Below are positions 20,775 through 32,932 of a stretch of DNA of 64,000 bases, piece after piece; the stretch's first letter is position 1; every line of letters starts with the position of its first letter. This stretch comes from an uncultured Gemmatimonadales bacterium (GTDB taxonomy: Bacteria; Gemmatimonadota; Gemmatimonadetes; Gemmatimonadales; GWC2-71-9): positions 928,001 to 992,000 of the forward strand of contig CAVZZO010000003.1 of NCBI GenBank assembly GCA_963779755.1, written 5' to 3'. The translations under genes were made by a program, and so were the position numbers. The notes under the pieces were generated by a model. That model did no database searches, was not told the origin of the DNA, and saw only the letters and a list, made by a program, of their open reading frames with translations.

Positions 20775-21337
20775 TAGAACTGCACCTTCGGCGCTTCCTG
20801 CGCTCCCGCCTGGGCCTCGAAATACTCCTTGGGCCCCGAGGCGCCGAAGAGTTTGGCCGTGAGGTTATACGGGAATCTCCGGATGTAGGAGTTGTACTGC
20901 TCTACGGCCGCGTTGTAGTCCTGCCGCGCCACGGAGATCCGGTTCTCCGTGCCGGTCAGCTCATCCTGGAGCTGGATGAAATTCTGGTTGCTCTTGAGCT
21001 CGGGATAGGCTTCCGAGATGGCCAGCAGCCGGCTCAGCGGCCCGGACAGCTGGGCGTTGGCCGTCGCCATGTCCTTCACATTGCCTGTCTTGACCGCGCC
21101 GGCGAGCCGCGCCCGGGCGTCGGCGACCTCGGTAAAGACGGTGGATTCCTGCTGGGCGAAGCCCTTCACCGTGGCCACCAGGTTGGGGATGAGATCGGCC
21201 CGGCGCTGCAGCTGCGCCTGGATGTTGCCCTTGGCGCGGCTGACCTGTTCGTCCAGCCGCTGAATGGTGTTATAGCCGCAGCCCGTCGCCAGCAAGGCGA
21301 CCGCCAGGGCGGCCAGCAGAGCGCGTCCGCGCGTCAT
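20774..21337 (-). CDS. lemA: LemA family protein
   Basis: GCGYN, QLQRRADLIPNLV, EAYPELKSN, TENRISVARQDYN. Confidence 0.94.
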   Translation of the reverse strand: MTRGRALLAALAVALLATGCGYNTIQRLDEQVSRAKGNIQAQLQRRADLIPNLVATVKGFAQQESTVFTEVADARARLAGAVKTGNVKDMATANAQLSGPLSRLLAISEAYPELKSNQNFIQLQDELTGTENRISVARQDYNAAVEQYNSYIRRFPYNLTAKLFGASGPKEYFEAQAGAQEAPKVQF

Positions 21338-22053
21338 GCCTTGCCTCCGGTCTGGAAGTGGTCCACGTAATCCACACAGTGCTCCATGGCGCGCATATAG
21401 CCTTCGAAACAGGGGCGGCCACAGCGCCAGTCGGTGGTATCCCGATGCGCCAGCACCTCGCGCACCGGCGCCGGATCGAACGGTACCAGCTCGGCGGAGG
21501 CGGTGACCAGGTCGGCGGCGGCCCGGGAGATGCTCTTGCCCCCGAGCGCCAGAAGCCCGCGGTACAGCACCAGCATGCTGGAGAAGCTGTGGCGGGCCAG
21601 ATCGCCCAGCCCGCTGTTCTCGCTGTGCAAGGCGGTATAGCCCTGCCGCAACCGTAGGAGCTTGCCCCGGAACTCCCGCTCCAGCTCGCGGCGCAGATCG
21701 GCCGGATCGACGGTGAGGGCGCGCAGCGGATCGGGGCCGCGCAACACCTGGTAGGCCGAACGCATGTCGGTGATCTCCACCGGAAACACGTCGATGGCCC
21801 GCGCCAGCTCGCTCCGGCTCAGCAGGAGGGGCGGCGGATTGGAACCTTCCCAGCTCCGTAACGCATCGGCCAGGGCGGCCAGGACATCGACATCCACCTG
21901 AGAGAGGACCAGCAGCAGGTTGATGTCGGACCGTCCGGGCACGTATTCGCCGCGAGCCAGCGATCCGTAGAGCACCGCGGCATATTCGCCTTTCATGACC
22001 TGGTCGAGGCGCTGCAGCAGCGGTTCGACCGTCTTGCGCACCTGTTCCGGCAT
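21334..22053 (-). CDS. Nucleotidyltransferase-domain protein (MNT-like fold)
   Basis: VLYGSLARGEY...SDINLLLV, DVFPVE; start ATG at 22053 overlapping TPM stop. Confidence 0.8.
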   Translation of the reverse strand: MPEQVRKTVEPLLQRLDQVMKGEYAAVLYGSLARGEYVPGRSDINLLLVLSQVDVDVLAALADALRSWEGSNPPPLLLSRSELARAIDVFPVEITDMRSAYQVLRGPDPLRALTVDPADLRRELEREFRGKLLRLRQGYTALHSENSGLGDLARHSFSSMLVLYRGLLALGGKSISRAAADLVTASAELVPFDPAPVREVLAHRDTTDWRCGRPCFEGYMRAMEHCVDYVDHFQTGGKA

Positions 22054-22931
22054 CAGAATCTCCCCCCGGCGCCGCCGCCGCTGAAGCCTCCACCTCCCCC
22101 GAACCCACCAAATCCGCCGCCAAACCCGCCGCCGCCCCCACCGCCGCCTCCCCAGCCCCCACCGAAGCCCCCACCACCCCAATATATCCAGGGCAGCACG
22201 CTGGTCCGCCGGCCCCTCCCGCCGGGCCCGCCGCGGCCGCCGCGGCCGAAGATGTTGAGCAGGATGAACAGCGCCACGAAGATGATAATGGGCAGCGCCG
22301 GCCAGCCCCGGTTGCGCCCCTGCCCGGGGGGTGGCGGCGCCGGCGCCGTCAGGGTGGAGTCGTCCACCCCGAAGCCGCGCGCCACCAGGCCCACCAGGGC
22401 CTTGACGCCGGTGAGCAGGCCGGGCCCGTACTGCTCCCGTGCCAGCTGCGGGGTCATGAGATCGCGCACCTGGCCGGCGGTGGCATCGGTGACGATGCCC
22501 TCGGTGCCCTGGCCCGTGGCGATGAAGAGCTGGCCGGTGCCCGCCTGGTGGTTCTGCTGCGGTACCAGCAGGAGTACCAGCCCGGCATTCCGTTTCTGCT
22601 CGCCGATGGCCGCCCGGGCGCCCACGCCCCAGGTGCGTCCGATCTCCAGCGCGACGTCGCTGGGGGCGTAATCGCCGATGGTGGGCAGCGTCACGACCGC
22701 GATTTCCGCCCCGGTGGCGGCGCGGAGCCGCTCGATCCAGGCGGTCATGGAATCCCGCGATGCGGCATCCACCACCCCGGCGACGTCGGTGACGTAGCCG
22801 GCCGGCCGGGCGGGAAAGAGCGCCCGGATCGCCTCCCGGTTCTGGGCCGCCAGCGGCCCGGCCCCGAGGCCGAGTTGAAGCAGAGCCAGCGCTCCGATAG
22901 CTTTGGCCAGCCCGCACTGCATCCGTCCCAT
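22053..22931 (-). CDS. TPM domain protein (YgcG-like) with Gly-rich tail
   Basis: YVTDVAGV, EIAVVT, WGVG, GFGGFGGGGGFSGGGAGGRF; start uncertain. Confidence 0.9.
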   Translation of the reverse strand: MGRMQCGLAKAIGALALLQLGLGAGPLAAQNREAIRALFPARPAGYVTDVAGVVDAASRDSMTAWIERLRAATGAEIAVVTLPTIGDYAPSDVALEIGRTWGVGARAAIGEQKRNAGLVLLLVPQQNHQAGTGQLFIATGQGTEGIVTDATAGQVRDLMTPQLAREQYGPGLLTGVKALVGLVARGFGVDDSTLTAPAPPPPGQGRNRGWPALPIIIFVALFILLNIFGRGGRGGPGGRGRRTSVLPWIYWGGGGFGGGWGGGGGGGGGFGGGFGGFGGGGGFSGGGAGGRF

Positions 22932-22949
22932 CACCGGCGATTCTCCCTC

Positions 22950-23690
22950 ATGCGTTTGGTACCTGTGGCCCTGCTGGTCGTTCTCGCCGCCTGCGAACAT
23001 TCCCAGGTGCGCGTGCGGGCGGTCATTCCCGGCCCCGACGGCACCCTCGAGCCCGCCTCCGGGCTCGCGCTGGTGGCGCTGCCCTACAACCGCGACAGCG
23101 TGATAGTGGCGCTGGAAGCGCACGCCGCGGCGCCGCGGCCCCACCCCCGCGCGCTGGACAGCCTGGTGGACCGGTTCCGCGAACCGTTCGTCACCTACAC
23201 CCGCACAGCCCTGACGGCGGAGCGGCTGCGCGACACGCTGGACCTGCTCCGGCGGCGACTGGACTCCCTGCCCCGCGGAGCCGATGCCTACCGTACGCTG
23301 TATCGGGAATTCGCCCGGCGGGCCGACAGTCTGGCCGCGCTGCAGCGGACAGCGGAGGACGCGCACCGGCGGCTCGACGCCGTGCGGCGCGACCTGGTCC
23401 CCCGGATCGACAGCCTGCGGCGGGATGTCGCCCGCTGGGAAGATAGCACCTTCCGCGGATACGACGACACCGTGCGCGCGCTGCAGCAGCGCATCGGCCG
23501 TCCGGTCGTTTCCGATACCACCGGCCCCGACGGCGCCACGCTGGTCGTGCTGCCGCGCGGCCCCTGGTGGATCTATGCCCGCGCCTGGGACGTCAACGAC
23601 CCCTACGCCTACTGGTACTGGAATGTTCCGGTTACCGGCGACAGCCTGGTGCTGACACCGGCGAATGCGGTCCATCGGCCCCGATATTAG
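22950..23690 (+). CDS. Hypothetical lipoprotein with coiled coil
   Basis: Lipobox LAAC; helical heptad region. Confidence 0.7.
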   Translation: MRLVPVALLVVLAACEHSQVRVRAVIPGPDGTLEPASGLALVALPYNRDSVIVALEAHAAAPRPHPRALDSLVDRFREPFVTYTRTALTAERLRDTLDLLRRRLDSLPRGADAYRTLYREFARRADSLAALQRTAEDAHRRLDAVRRDLVPRIDSLRRDVARWEDSTFRGYDDTVRALQQRIGRPVVSDTTGPDGATLVVLPRGPWWIYARAWDVNDPYAYWYWNVPVTGDSLVLTPANAVHRPRY

Positions 23691-23700
23691 AGGCAGGCAT

Positions 23701-23820
23701 CGGGGACAAGGGACACGGGACACGGGACACGGGACACGGGACAAGATCCCTGATTCCTGATTCCTGATCCCTGATCCCTGATCCCTTGTCCCTTGTCCCT
23801 GATCCCTTGTCCCTTATCTC
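23701..23820. repeat. Inverted heptamer arms (GGGACAC/GGGACAA vs TGATCCC/TTGTCCC)
   Basis: Read directly; mixed unit types kept at 7-bp period. Confidence 0.88.
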
Positions 23821-23851
23821 TTACTGTATCCCCCGCATTCATGGATGATCC

Positions 23852-24517
23852 ATGCGCTTGACACTCGTTGCGGTTGGAACGCTGCTGGCCTTCTCCCTCG
23901 CCTGGTTGCCGGCGGGGAAGACAGCCGCTACCGTCCGGCCTGCTGCCGCATTCCAGGATTCTACCGATCACCTGCTGAAGCAGCGCTCCCTCGGATCGGC
24001 CGACGCGCCGGTGACGGTCTTCGAGATGTCCGATTTCCAGTGTCCCTACTGCCGCCGGCACGCGCTGGAGACCTTTCCGGAGCTGAAGCGCAAGTACGTC
24101 GATACCGGAAAGATCCGCTGGGTCTTCGTGAACTTCCCGCTCACCCAGCTCCATCCCAACGCCGCCGCGGCCGCCGAATTCGCCATGTGCGCCGCCCGGG
24201 CAGACAAGTTCTGGCCGGTGCACGATCTGCTCTACCGTAACCAGGATACCTGGGCGCCGCTCAAGGATCCGGCGCCGTTCTTTTTCTCCCTGGCGGATTC
24301 GGTGGGGCTGCCGCGGAAGGAGCTGACCGCGTGCCTGCAGAGCGGTTTCGGGCAGCGGATCGTCAAGGAGGACGCCGAGGGCGCCGCCCATGCCGGCGCC
24401 AACAGCACTCCGACGTTCTTCATTGAAGGCGGACTGCTGGCGGGCGCGGCGCCGGCTTCGGCGTTCGAGCCCATTCTGGACTCGATCTACCAGGCGAAGA
24501 CGACAGCGAAGCAATAA
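23852..24517 (+). CDS. DsbA/BdbD-like thioredoxin-fold oxidoreductase
   Basis: Signal peptide; SDFQCPYC, NFPL..LHPNA, STPTFFI. Confidence 0.9.
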   Translation: MRLTLVAVGTLLAFSLAWLPAGKTAATVRPAAAFQDSTDHLLKQRSLGSADAPVTVFEMSDFQCPYCRRHALETFPELKRKYVDTGKIRWVFVNFPLTQLHPNAAAAAEFAMCAARADKFWPVHDLLYRNQDTWAPLKDPAPFFFSLADSVGLPRKELTACLQSGFGQRIVKEDAEGAAHAGANSTPTFFIEGGLLAGAAPASAFEPILDSIYQAKTTAKQ

Positions 24518-24678
24518 CGGGAACCGGGAAATGGGAAATGGGAAATGGAGCCACGGCTCTGTTCTCGTTTCCCGTTTCCCGTTTCCCGTTTCCCGTTTCC
24601 CGTTTCCCGTTTCCCGTTTCCCGTTTCCCGTTTCCCGTTTCCCGTTTCCCGTTTCCCGTTTCCCGTTTCCCGTTTCCC
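24517..24678. repeat. (GTTTCCC)x16 perfect array with inverted (GGGAAAT) arm
   Basis: 16 units at 24567-24678; left arm 24517-24548; between convergent genes. Confidence 0.95.
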
Positions 24679-24681
24679 CGA

Positions 24682-25428
24682 TTATATGGCAAGGAAAATA
24701 TCGTACAACGCGTGCGTCCATGCCGTCACCCCGAAGCCCCGGAGGAGGTACAGCGCGCTGAACAGGACGCCCGCGACGGCGCGGAAGACGAACGAGCCCA
24801 GGGCCCAGGGATCGCCGTAGGGGCCGACATAGTGAAACGCCGAGAAGATCAGCGCCCCGACCACGGTGGCGAAGACGCCGGACGCCAGCCGGTTCCATCC
24901 CAGTCTCTGCCCCAGTGCCGCCAGTCCCGAGACCAGCAGCACCCGGAACAGCAGTTCTTCATACAGGCCTGCCCCCAGGGACACCATCAACTGGGCCGGC
25001 AGGCTGAGCCGTGACATCGCCGTCCCGGCCTGGATGGAGAGGTGCACCCCGCCCGTCAGCAGCAGGGTGGTGAGCAGTGCGGCGATACCGCCGAACATGA
25101 GCGCGTAGACCACCGCCTCCACCGCCATGCCCAGAAATACCCGGCCGTGCAGGACCCGCCCCGAGCGGCGATAGTCGCGCCAGGCGAGCCATGCGCCGAT
25201 CCCCACCAGCAGCAGGTCGAAGACCAGCACCCCTCGCCGGCCCCCCGCCAGGACAAAGACGCTCTTCAGTAGCACATCCGCGCCGTTGCGTACCCCGCTC
25301 ACGGCGCTGCCGGAGAGGGCAAAGGCGAGCAGCTCGTAGAGGAGGAGCAGGGGCGCGACAAACAGCAGGCTGTAGCGCGCCTGCCGTGCGGACTTCCAGT
25401 ACTCGCGACTGAAAAGCGGGGTGGTCAT
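24682..25428 (-). CDS. CPBP (CAAX/Abi) intramembrane metalloprotease
   Basis: EELLFR, FSAFH, HALYD motifs; multiple TM. Confidence 0.9.
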   Translation of the reverse strand: MTTPLFSREYWKSARQARYSLLFVAPLLLLYELLAFALSGSAVSGVRNGADVLLKSVFVLAGGRRGVLVFDLLLVGIGAWLAWRDYRRSGRVLHGRVFLGMAVEAVVYALMFGGIAALLTTLLLTGGVHLSIQAGTAMSRLSLPAQLMVSLGAGLYEELLFRVLLVSGLAALGQRLGWNRLASGVFATVVGALIFSAFHYVGPYGDPWALGSFVFRAVAGVLFSALYLLRGFGVTAWTHALYDIFLAI

Positions 25429-25495
25429 CGGGTGGGAATCTAGCCATTGACTCCCGACAAGGGCATCATCGGTTCACCAGGAGGGCTGTCGGAAG

Positions 25496-25524
25496 TTGAC
25501 GGACGGCTCTCCATGGGAGACATT
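25496..25524 (+). promoter_or_regulatory. Promoter giving leaderless waaA mRNA
   Basis: TTGACG-17bp-GACATT, 6 nt before ATG. Confidence 0.5.
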
Positions 25525-25530
25525 GCCGCC

Positions 25531-26841
25531 ATGAGGCGGACCTCACTGCTCTACCGGCTGGGCATCGGCCTGAGCCGGCCGCTCATCCCCATGGCGGGGC
25601 TGGTGGCGCCGGCCATTCGGCGCGGGCACGCGGCGCGGCGGCAGGCCGGCTCGCGCCTGGAGCGGTGGGCCGCCACCCACCGCGACCCGGCGCGGCCGCT
25701 GGTCTGGTTCCACGCACCCTCAGTGGGGGAGGGCCTCCAGGCCCAGGCGGTCCTCCAGCGGGTGCGGCAACGGCATCCGGAATGGCAGGTGGCCTATACC
25801 CATTTCAGCCCGTCGGCGGAGTCCTTCGCCCGCCGGATCGGGGCGGATGTGGCCGATTACCTGCCGTACGACAGCCGGGGCACCGTCCGCAGCCTGCTGC
25901 GTTCCCTCCGTCCCACGGTGCTGGTCTTCACCAAACTCGATCTCTGGCCCGAGCTGGCGACCGGGGCGGCGGCCCAGGGAGCCCGCGTCGCCATGATCGC
26001 GGGGACGGTCCGCCCCAACAGCAGCCGGCTGCGCTGGCCGGCGCGGCAGCTGGCGGCCCCCGGCTACCGGGCCCTGGCGGCGGCCGGAGCCGTGAGCGCC
26101 GACGACGCCGCCCGCCTGCAGGAGCTCGGCGTCCCGGCGGAGCGCATCCGGGTGCTGGGTGATCCCCGCTTCGACAGCGTGGCCGACCGGGTGGCCGCCG
26201 TCCCGCCGGATCATCCCCTGCTGCAGCTGGGCGCCGGCGCGCCGACCCTGGTGGCGGGCTCCACCTGGCCGGGCGATGAAGAGGTCCTGCTGGATGCGTT
26301 CGCCCGGCTGACCGTGCGCCGGCCCGAGGCCCGGCTGATCCTGGTACCCCACCAGCCCACGCCGAAACACCTGGATCATGTGATACAGTTGGCCGGGCGG
26401 TTCGGCCTCCCTACACCCGTCCGGCTGAGCGAGGAGCCGGGGCCGCAGCGCCTGTTGCTGGTCGATCAGCTAGGGGTGCTGGCGACACTCTATGGGGCGG
26501 GCAGTATGGCCTACGTGGGAGGAGGGTTCCACGGGGCAGGCCTGCACTCGGTGCTGGAACCGGCGGCGTGGGGCATCCCGGTCGTGTTCGGGCCCCGCTG
26601 GGAGGAGAGCCGCGATGCCCACCTGCTGCTCACCGCCGGGGGCGCCGAGGCGCTGGCCGAGCTGGGAACCGCCGAATCGGGCGAATCGCTCCAGGCTCTC
26701 TGGGAAGACTGGATTGTGAACCGGGTGCGGCGGGAAGCGCAGGGGCGGAAGGCGCTGGGCGTGGTGCGCCAGGGGCTGGGGGCGGCCGACCGCTGCGCCG
26801 CCCTGATCGAGGAGCTGGCCGCCGGACCTACGGCGTCGTAA
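25531..26841 (+). CDS. waaA: 3-deoxy-D-manno-octulosonic acid (Kdo) transferase
   Basis: VWFHAPSVGE, YLPYD, VAGSTW, AYVGGGF, HSVLEPAAWG. Confidence 0.92.
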   Translation: MRRTSLLYRLGIGLSRPLIPMAGLVAPAIRRGHAARRQAGSRLERWAATHRDPARPLVWFHAPSVGEGLQAQAVLQRVRQRHPEWQVAYTHFSPSAESFARRIGADVADYLPYDSRGTVRSLLRSLRPTVLVFTKLDLWPELATGAAAQGARVAMIAGTVRPNSSRLRWPARQLAAPGYRALAAAGAVSADDAARLQELGVPAERIRVLGDPRFDSVADRVAAVPPDHPLLQLGAGAPTLVAGSTWPGDEEVLLDAFARLTVRRPEARLILVPHQPTPKHLDHVIQLAGRFGLPTPVRLSEEPGPQRLLLVDQLGVLATLYGAGSMAYVGGGFHGAGLHSVLEPAAWGIPVVFGPRWEESRDAHLLLTAGGAEALAELGTAESGESLQALWEDWIVNRVRREAQGRKALGVVRQGLGAADRCAALIEELAAGPTAS

Positions 26842-27247
26842 TCGTCGAGTCTCCCACCACGATTCCCTCGACCGTCACGGTGCGGGGGGCGACCAGGCCC
26901 AGCGTCAATCCCGTCACCAGCAGGTCGGTCCAGCGGCTGCGGACCCGCACCCGCACATCGCGGATCTCCTTGCCGCCGACCAGCTGCGAGGCCAGCTGCT
27001 TGCGCACCGACGGCTTCTTGATGGCGATGGCACCCCATAAACCGAAGACCGCGTGGGTGTTTACCTGGAAGGCCGCGCCCTGCGGCGGCTGGCCCGCTTC
27101 GCTCGACAAGGTCGCGGGCACGCCCAGGCTGCGGGCATCGACGGTGAGGGCGCATCCGGCGGTCCAGAGGACCGCCAGAGCCAGAAGCCCGATACGGAGC
27201 CGCCCGGCGGATGCCGGGCGGCGCGGGCCAGCAGGAGCTCTGGGCAT
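26828..27247 (-). CDS. Bor/Iss-like lipoprotein
   Basis: Lipobox TAGC; FGLWG and C-terminal DLLVTGLTLGLVAPRTVTVEG resemble the Bor family pattern. Confidence 0.55.
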   Translation of the reverse strand: MPRAPAGPRRPASAGRLRIGLLALAVLWTAGCALTVDARSLGVPATLSSEAGQPPQGAAFQVNTHAVFGLWGAIAIKKPSVRKQLASQLVGGKEIRDVRVRVRSRWTDLLVTGLTLGLVAPRTVTVEGIVVGDSTITTP

Positions 27248-27255
27248 TCGCAGAA

Positions 27256-27906
27256 TCAAAGTCCGGGAATATTGAGGCCGTACTGGACGCCGACTCCGAA
27301 GGTGGACGGCTTCGTGCCGTTGCGGCTGACCCAGTCGTAGGCGGCGTAGAACCCGAGGCCGCTCAGCATGGAGAACTCGATGCCGCCGCTGATGCCGAAA
27401 TCGGTGGCGGTGGAACTGGACGAGCCGACCACGCTGTTGGTGGTGTGTTCGATATCGAGCCGCGGTGCGATCCACGGCTTGATGGCCACGACGGTGCTGG
27501 GAATCTTCACCGCCAGCGCCAGCCCGACGGGGAAATGGTAGTTCTTGATCGAGCCGACGGACGTATAGGCCGCGCCGCCCTGCAGCCAGAGCGCGAACGG
27601 AACGAGCGGCCCCCCGAACACCTTGAGATTGGCGGTGCCGCCGACCGACGTATGGGACGTGCCGCCCTTGGGCTTGTAGCTGGAGACCGTGGCCGTCACC
27701 CCAAAGGGCCCGAGGCCCAGCTTGCCGGTGCCGCCGAACGCGGTGCCCTTCCCGGCGTCGGCATTGGGAAAGCCGACATCGCCCCGCAGGGTGAGCCCGG
27801 TGTTGACGCCGCTGTTGATCACCGGCAGCCCCGGGTTCTGCGCCTGCAGGGCACCGGCAGCGGCCAGGGTGAACAGCGCAACCAGACCAAGACTCGTTCG
27901 CGTCAT
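27256..27906 (-). CDS. Small outer-membrane beta-barrel protein
   Basis: Signal peptide ending LQA; alternating amphipathic strands. Confidence 0.7.
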   Translation of the reverse strand: MTRTSLGLVALFTLAAAGALQAQNPGLPVINSGVNTGLTLRGDVGFPNADAGKGTAFGGTGKLGLGPFGVTATVSSYKPKGGTSHTSVGGTANLKVFGGPLVPFALWLQGGAAYTSVGSIKNYHFPVGLALAVKIPSTVVAIKPWIAPRLDIEHTTNSVVGSSSSTATDFGISGGIEFSMLSGLGFYAAYDWVSRNGTKPSTFGVGVQYGLNIPGL

Positions 27907-28041
27907 GATGCCTCCGGAGTGGGAACCGCCCGCGGATGCTGGGGCGGGAGCAAGCTACGCAGGGCGCGGGGGAGCGTCAATGCGCCGGACGGGCGCCTCG
28001 CTGGTGACGATGCGCCCGCCCTGCCCTGCACACGCACTGGG

Positions 28042-28641
28042 TCAGTGCAGGAATGCCGCGCCGATGCTGATACCGTCGTAGTCCCCCAGGGCACCGGCAA
28101 TGCGCGCGTCGAAGCGCGGACTGAACCGGATATCCACCCCGAGCCCGATACTGAAGAGCACGTCGTCGGGCCCGTCTCCGAACGTGGGAGTGAGAATCGG
28201 GTGCAGGTAGGGAACGAAGCTGGTCTGGGTGCCTTCCAGGTCCACCCGCCGGCCCAGCGAGAGACCGATGGGAATGAACCCGCGGGAGAAGTTGTTCGCG
28301 ATCTGGCCCCCCAGGCCGACGGTCAGGGCCCCGTCCAGCGGGAAACTCTCCGTGTGGGTGATGACGCGATCGCGGAAGTCGGCGCCCACCAGGAAGCGGG
28401 TGGGACCGGGATCGGAGTCGGCCAGCCCCAGCCGGAAGCCGATATCGGCGGCGCCCCGGCCGACCCGGTAGGCGCCCTCCAGAGCCCAACCCGCGCCGGG
28501 ATCGGAGAAGTATCCGGCCAGCTCGGACGTGTTGAAAGCGCGGTAGGGCGCGAGAAAGACGGGTGTGCCCGTCTCCTGCGCTGCCAGCGGCGTAGCCGCC
28601 AGCGTGAGGCCCAGCAGGGCCGGAATCAGTTTACGGTGCAT
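28042..28641 (-). CDS. Small outer-membrane beta-barrel protein
   Basis: Signal peptide PLAA-Q; C-terminal ISIGAAFLH; start overlaps atpC end. Confidence 0.7.
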   Translation of the reverse strand: MHRKLIPALLGLTLAATPLAAQETGTPVFLAPYRAFNTSELAGYFSDPGAGWALEGAYRVGRGAADIGFRLGLADSDPGPTRFLVGADFRDRVITHTESFPLDGALTVGLGGQIANNFSRGFIPIGLSLGRRVDLEGTQTSFVPYLHPILTPTFGDGPDDVLFSIGLGVDIRFSPRFDARIAGALGDYDGISIGAAFLH

Positions 28642-28890
28642 GCGATGCTCCGGAGACGCGTTCGGCCACGACCCGCACGACATCGTGCACGACCTGGAGG
28701 AATCCGCCCTCCACCCGGAAGCGCTGGTCGCCGCCGCGGCGGCGGACGATCAGGGTTCCCCGGCCGAGCAGTGTCATGAACGGGGCATGGTTCGGCAGGA
28801 TGCCCACCTCGCCATCGAACGCGGGGGCCACCACGGCCTCCGCGTCGCCGTCGAATATGGACGCCTCGGGGGAGATAACCGTGACGTGCA

Positions 28891-28891
<1 letters not shown>
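28631..28891 (-). CDS. atpC: ATP synthase F1 epsilon (short form)
   Basis: VISPE, GEVGILPNHAP, VEGGFLQV; 86 aa. Confidence 0.93.
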
Positions 28892-30423
<1,532 letters not shown>

Positions 30424-30427
<4 letters not shown>

Positions 30428-31308
30428 CCTTGTAGCGCCGCGGCGCCGCCCACGATCTCCGCGATTTCCTGGGTGATCTGGGCCTGGCGCTGCCGGTTGT
30501 AACTGCGGCGCAGCAGCCCCAGCAGCTCGCCGGCGTTGTCGGTCGCGTTCTTCATGGCCGTCCGGCGCGCGCCCTGCTCCGAGGCGGCCGTCTCGACCAG
30601 CCCGCGGAAGACGGCGTTGCGCACGTAGAGCGGCAGCAACTCGCGCAGAATCTCCTCCGGCCCCGGCACCAGCAGGTAGTCGGGCCGGGGGCCTTCCCGC
30701 CGCTCCGCCGGCGCCTCCACCGGCAGAATACGCTGCGTCACCGGCGGCGTGCTCAGCGCGCTCACGAACCGGGCGAACACCAGGTCCACGCTGGCCAGCT
30801 CGCCCCGCTCGTACCGCTCGATGAGCGGCTGGGCCACCTCGGCCGCCTGCGCGGCGGTGGGGCGGTCGCTGATGTCGGTCCGCTGGGTGGCCGGCGGCCG
30901 GCCGATGAAGCGGAAGAAGCCGATGCCCTTCTTGCCGATCCCGTGCAGCTCCGTCTCGTACCCCTCTGCCGCCAGCACGTCGAGCCGGCGCCGTGCTTCC
31001 TTGATCAGGTTGGCATTGAAACCGCCCGCCAGACCGCGGTTGGAGGTGATCAGAATGACGGCCGCGCGCCGGGGGCCGCCCCGGTCCGGAGGCGCCGGCC
31101 GCCGCAGCAGGGGGAAGCGCTCGGCCAGCTCGGGGGTCGCCAGGTCGGCGATCACGTGCTGCAGCGCCTCGGCGTAGGGCCGAGCCGCGATGACCCGGTC
31201 CTGCGCCCGCTTCAGCTTGCTGGTCGCCACCAGCTCCATGGTGCGCGTGATCTTGCGCGTGTTCTCGATGGAGCGGATGCGGCCCTTGATCTGCCGGGTC
31301 TTCGCCAT
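30424..31308 (-). CDS. atpG: ATP synthase F1 gamma
   Basis: KITRTMELVA, RGLAGGFN, AMKNATDNA, RQAQITQEIAEI. Confidence 0.98.
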
Positions 31309-32888
31309 CAGCCGTTCGCGCGGAACAGGGGTTTGAAGGCCTTGATTGCGGCGTCGAGCGCACCCTTGAGATCGTCGCTCAGCGTCTTCCTGGTGCGGAT
31401 TTCTTCCAGGATTTCCGGGTGGGCGCTGTCCAGGTAGTCGAGGAAGTCGGGCTCCCACTGCCGGATGTGCTCGATCGCCACGTCGTCCAGATGGCCGTTG
31501 GTCACCACGTAGATGATGGCCACCTGCCGCTCGACCGGGATCGGATGATACTGGGGCTGCTTGAGCACCTCGACCAGCCGCTCGCCCCGGGCCAGCTGCC
31601 GCTGGGTGGCGGCATCGAGGTCGGAGCCGAACTGGGCGAAGGCCTCCAGCTCGCGGAACTGGGCCAGGCTCAGGCGCAGCGGGCCGGCCACCTGCTTCAT
31701 CGCCTTGATCTGCGCGTTGCCGCCTACGCGGCTCACGCTGATGCCGGCGTCGATGGCGGGCCGGACATTGGAGTAGAACAGATCGGTGGTGAGGAAGATC
31801 TGCCCGTCGGTGATGGAGATGACGTTGGTCGGGATGTAGGCCGAGACGTCGCCCGCCTGGGTCTCGATGATGGGCAGCGCGGTCAGGGACCCGCCCGGCT
31901 GCTTGATCCGGGGATCCTGCTTGATGGCGTTGGCGTCTTCGGAGATCTTGGCGGCCCGCTCCAGCAGACGGCTGTGCAGGTAGAAGACGTCGCCCGGATA
32001 GGCCTCACGGCCCGGCGGACGGCGCAGGATGAGCGACAACTGCCGGTAGGCGGCGGCCTGCTTGGAGAGGTCGTCGTAGACGCAGAGGGTGGCCTTCCCC
32101 TCGGTGTACATGAAATGCTCCGCCATGGCGCAGCCGGCGTAGGGCGCGATGTACTGCAGCGGGGCCGGATCGGAAGCGCTGGCCATCACGACGATGGTGT
32201 AGTCCATGGCGCCGTGCTCCTTGAGCCGCTCCACGACCGTCGCTACCGTGCTGCGCTTCTGGCCGATCGCCACATAGACGCAGATAACCCCGTTGTTCTT
32301 CTGATTGACGATCGTGTCCACCGCGATCGCCGTCTTGCCGGTGCCGCGGTCGCCGATGATCAGCTCGCGCTGGCCCCGCCCGATCGGGATCATGGAATCG
32401 ATGGCCTTGATGCCGGTCTGCAGCGGCTCCTTCACCGGCTGCCGCACGATGATCCCGGGGGCAACCATCTCCACCGGGCGCGCGCCCTCGGCCTTGATGG
32501 GGCCCCGGCCGTCCACCGGCCGGCCCAGCGCATCGACCACGCGGCCCAGCAGGGCGCTGCCCACCGGCACCTCCAGCAGCCGGCCCGTGGTGCGGACCTC
32601 GTCGCCTTCCTTCAGCTTGAGGTAGTCGCCCATGATGGCGGCGCCGACGTTGTCTTCTTCGAGATTGAGCACCAGGCCGGTGACGGTCTCGCCCGTCTCC
32701 GAGCTGGTGAACTCGAGCATCTCGCTGGCTATGGCCGACTTGAGACCGTAGATCCGGGCGATGCCGTCGCGCACCTCGAGCACGGTGCCGACCTCTTTGA
32801 CGTCCACCGAGCCGAGCTCGGCGGCCTCGATTTCCCGGAGCAGGACTTCCTTGAGCTCACCGGGCCGGAGAATGGATTCTGTCGCCAT
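31308..32888 (-). CDS. atpA: ATP synthase F1 alpha
   Basis: [29 protein letters not shown]. Confidence 0.99.
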   Translation of the reverse strand: MATESILRPGELKEVLLREIEAAELGSVDVKEVGTVLEVRDGIARIYGLKSAIASEMLEFTSSETGETVTGLVLNLEEDNVGAAIMGDYLKLKEGDEVRTTGRLLEVPVGSALLGRVVDALGRPVDGRGPIKAEGARPVEMVAPGIIVRQPVKEPLQTGIKAIDSMIPIGRGQRELIIGDRGTGKTAIAVDTIVNQKNNGVICVYVAIGQKRSTVATVVERLKEHGAMDYTIVVMASASDPAPLQYIAPYAGCAMAEHFMYTEGKATLCVYDDLSKQAAAYRQLSLILRRPPGREAYPGDVFYLHSRLLERAAKISEDANAIKQDPRIKQPGGSLTALPIIETQAGDVSAYIPTNVISITDGQIFLTTDLFYSNVRPAIDAGISVSRVGGNAQIKAMKQVAGPLRLSLAQFRELEAFAQFGSDLDAATQRQLARGERLVEVLKQPQYHPIPVERQVAIIYVVTNGHLDDVAIEHIRQWEPDFLDYLDSAHPEILEEIRTRKTLSDDLKGALDAAIKAFKPLFRANG

Positions 32889-32932
32889 GGGCTGTACGCG
32901 AATGGTGGCTGGAAACCTGTTTCGGGTTTAGC

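Noticed and set aside
21334..22053. MNT-HEPN toxin-antitoxin or CBASS cyclase
   Set aside because: No separate HEPN toxin or effector gene is adjacent; context is lemA-TPM.
20774..22177. 467-aa LemA and other long N-terminal extensions in the ORF track (accA, ricT, mlaF, atpG, gpmA, USP)
   Set aside because: Extensions overlap real upstream genes or a tRNA; starts were reassigned by motif and overlap logic.
24390..25014. ORFs with FPVSRFP / GNGKRET repeats (also GIRNQES, GRQDGRT and GNGERGT ORFs elsewhere)
   Set aside because: Translations of non-coding 7- or 8-bp arrays that happen to lack stops.
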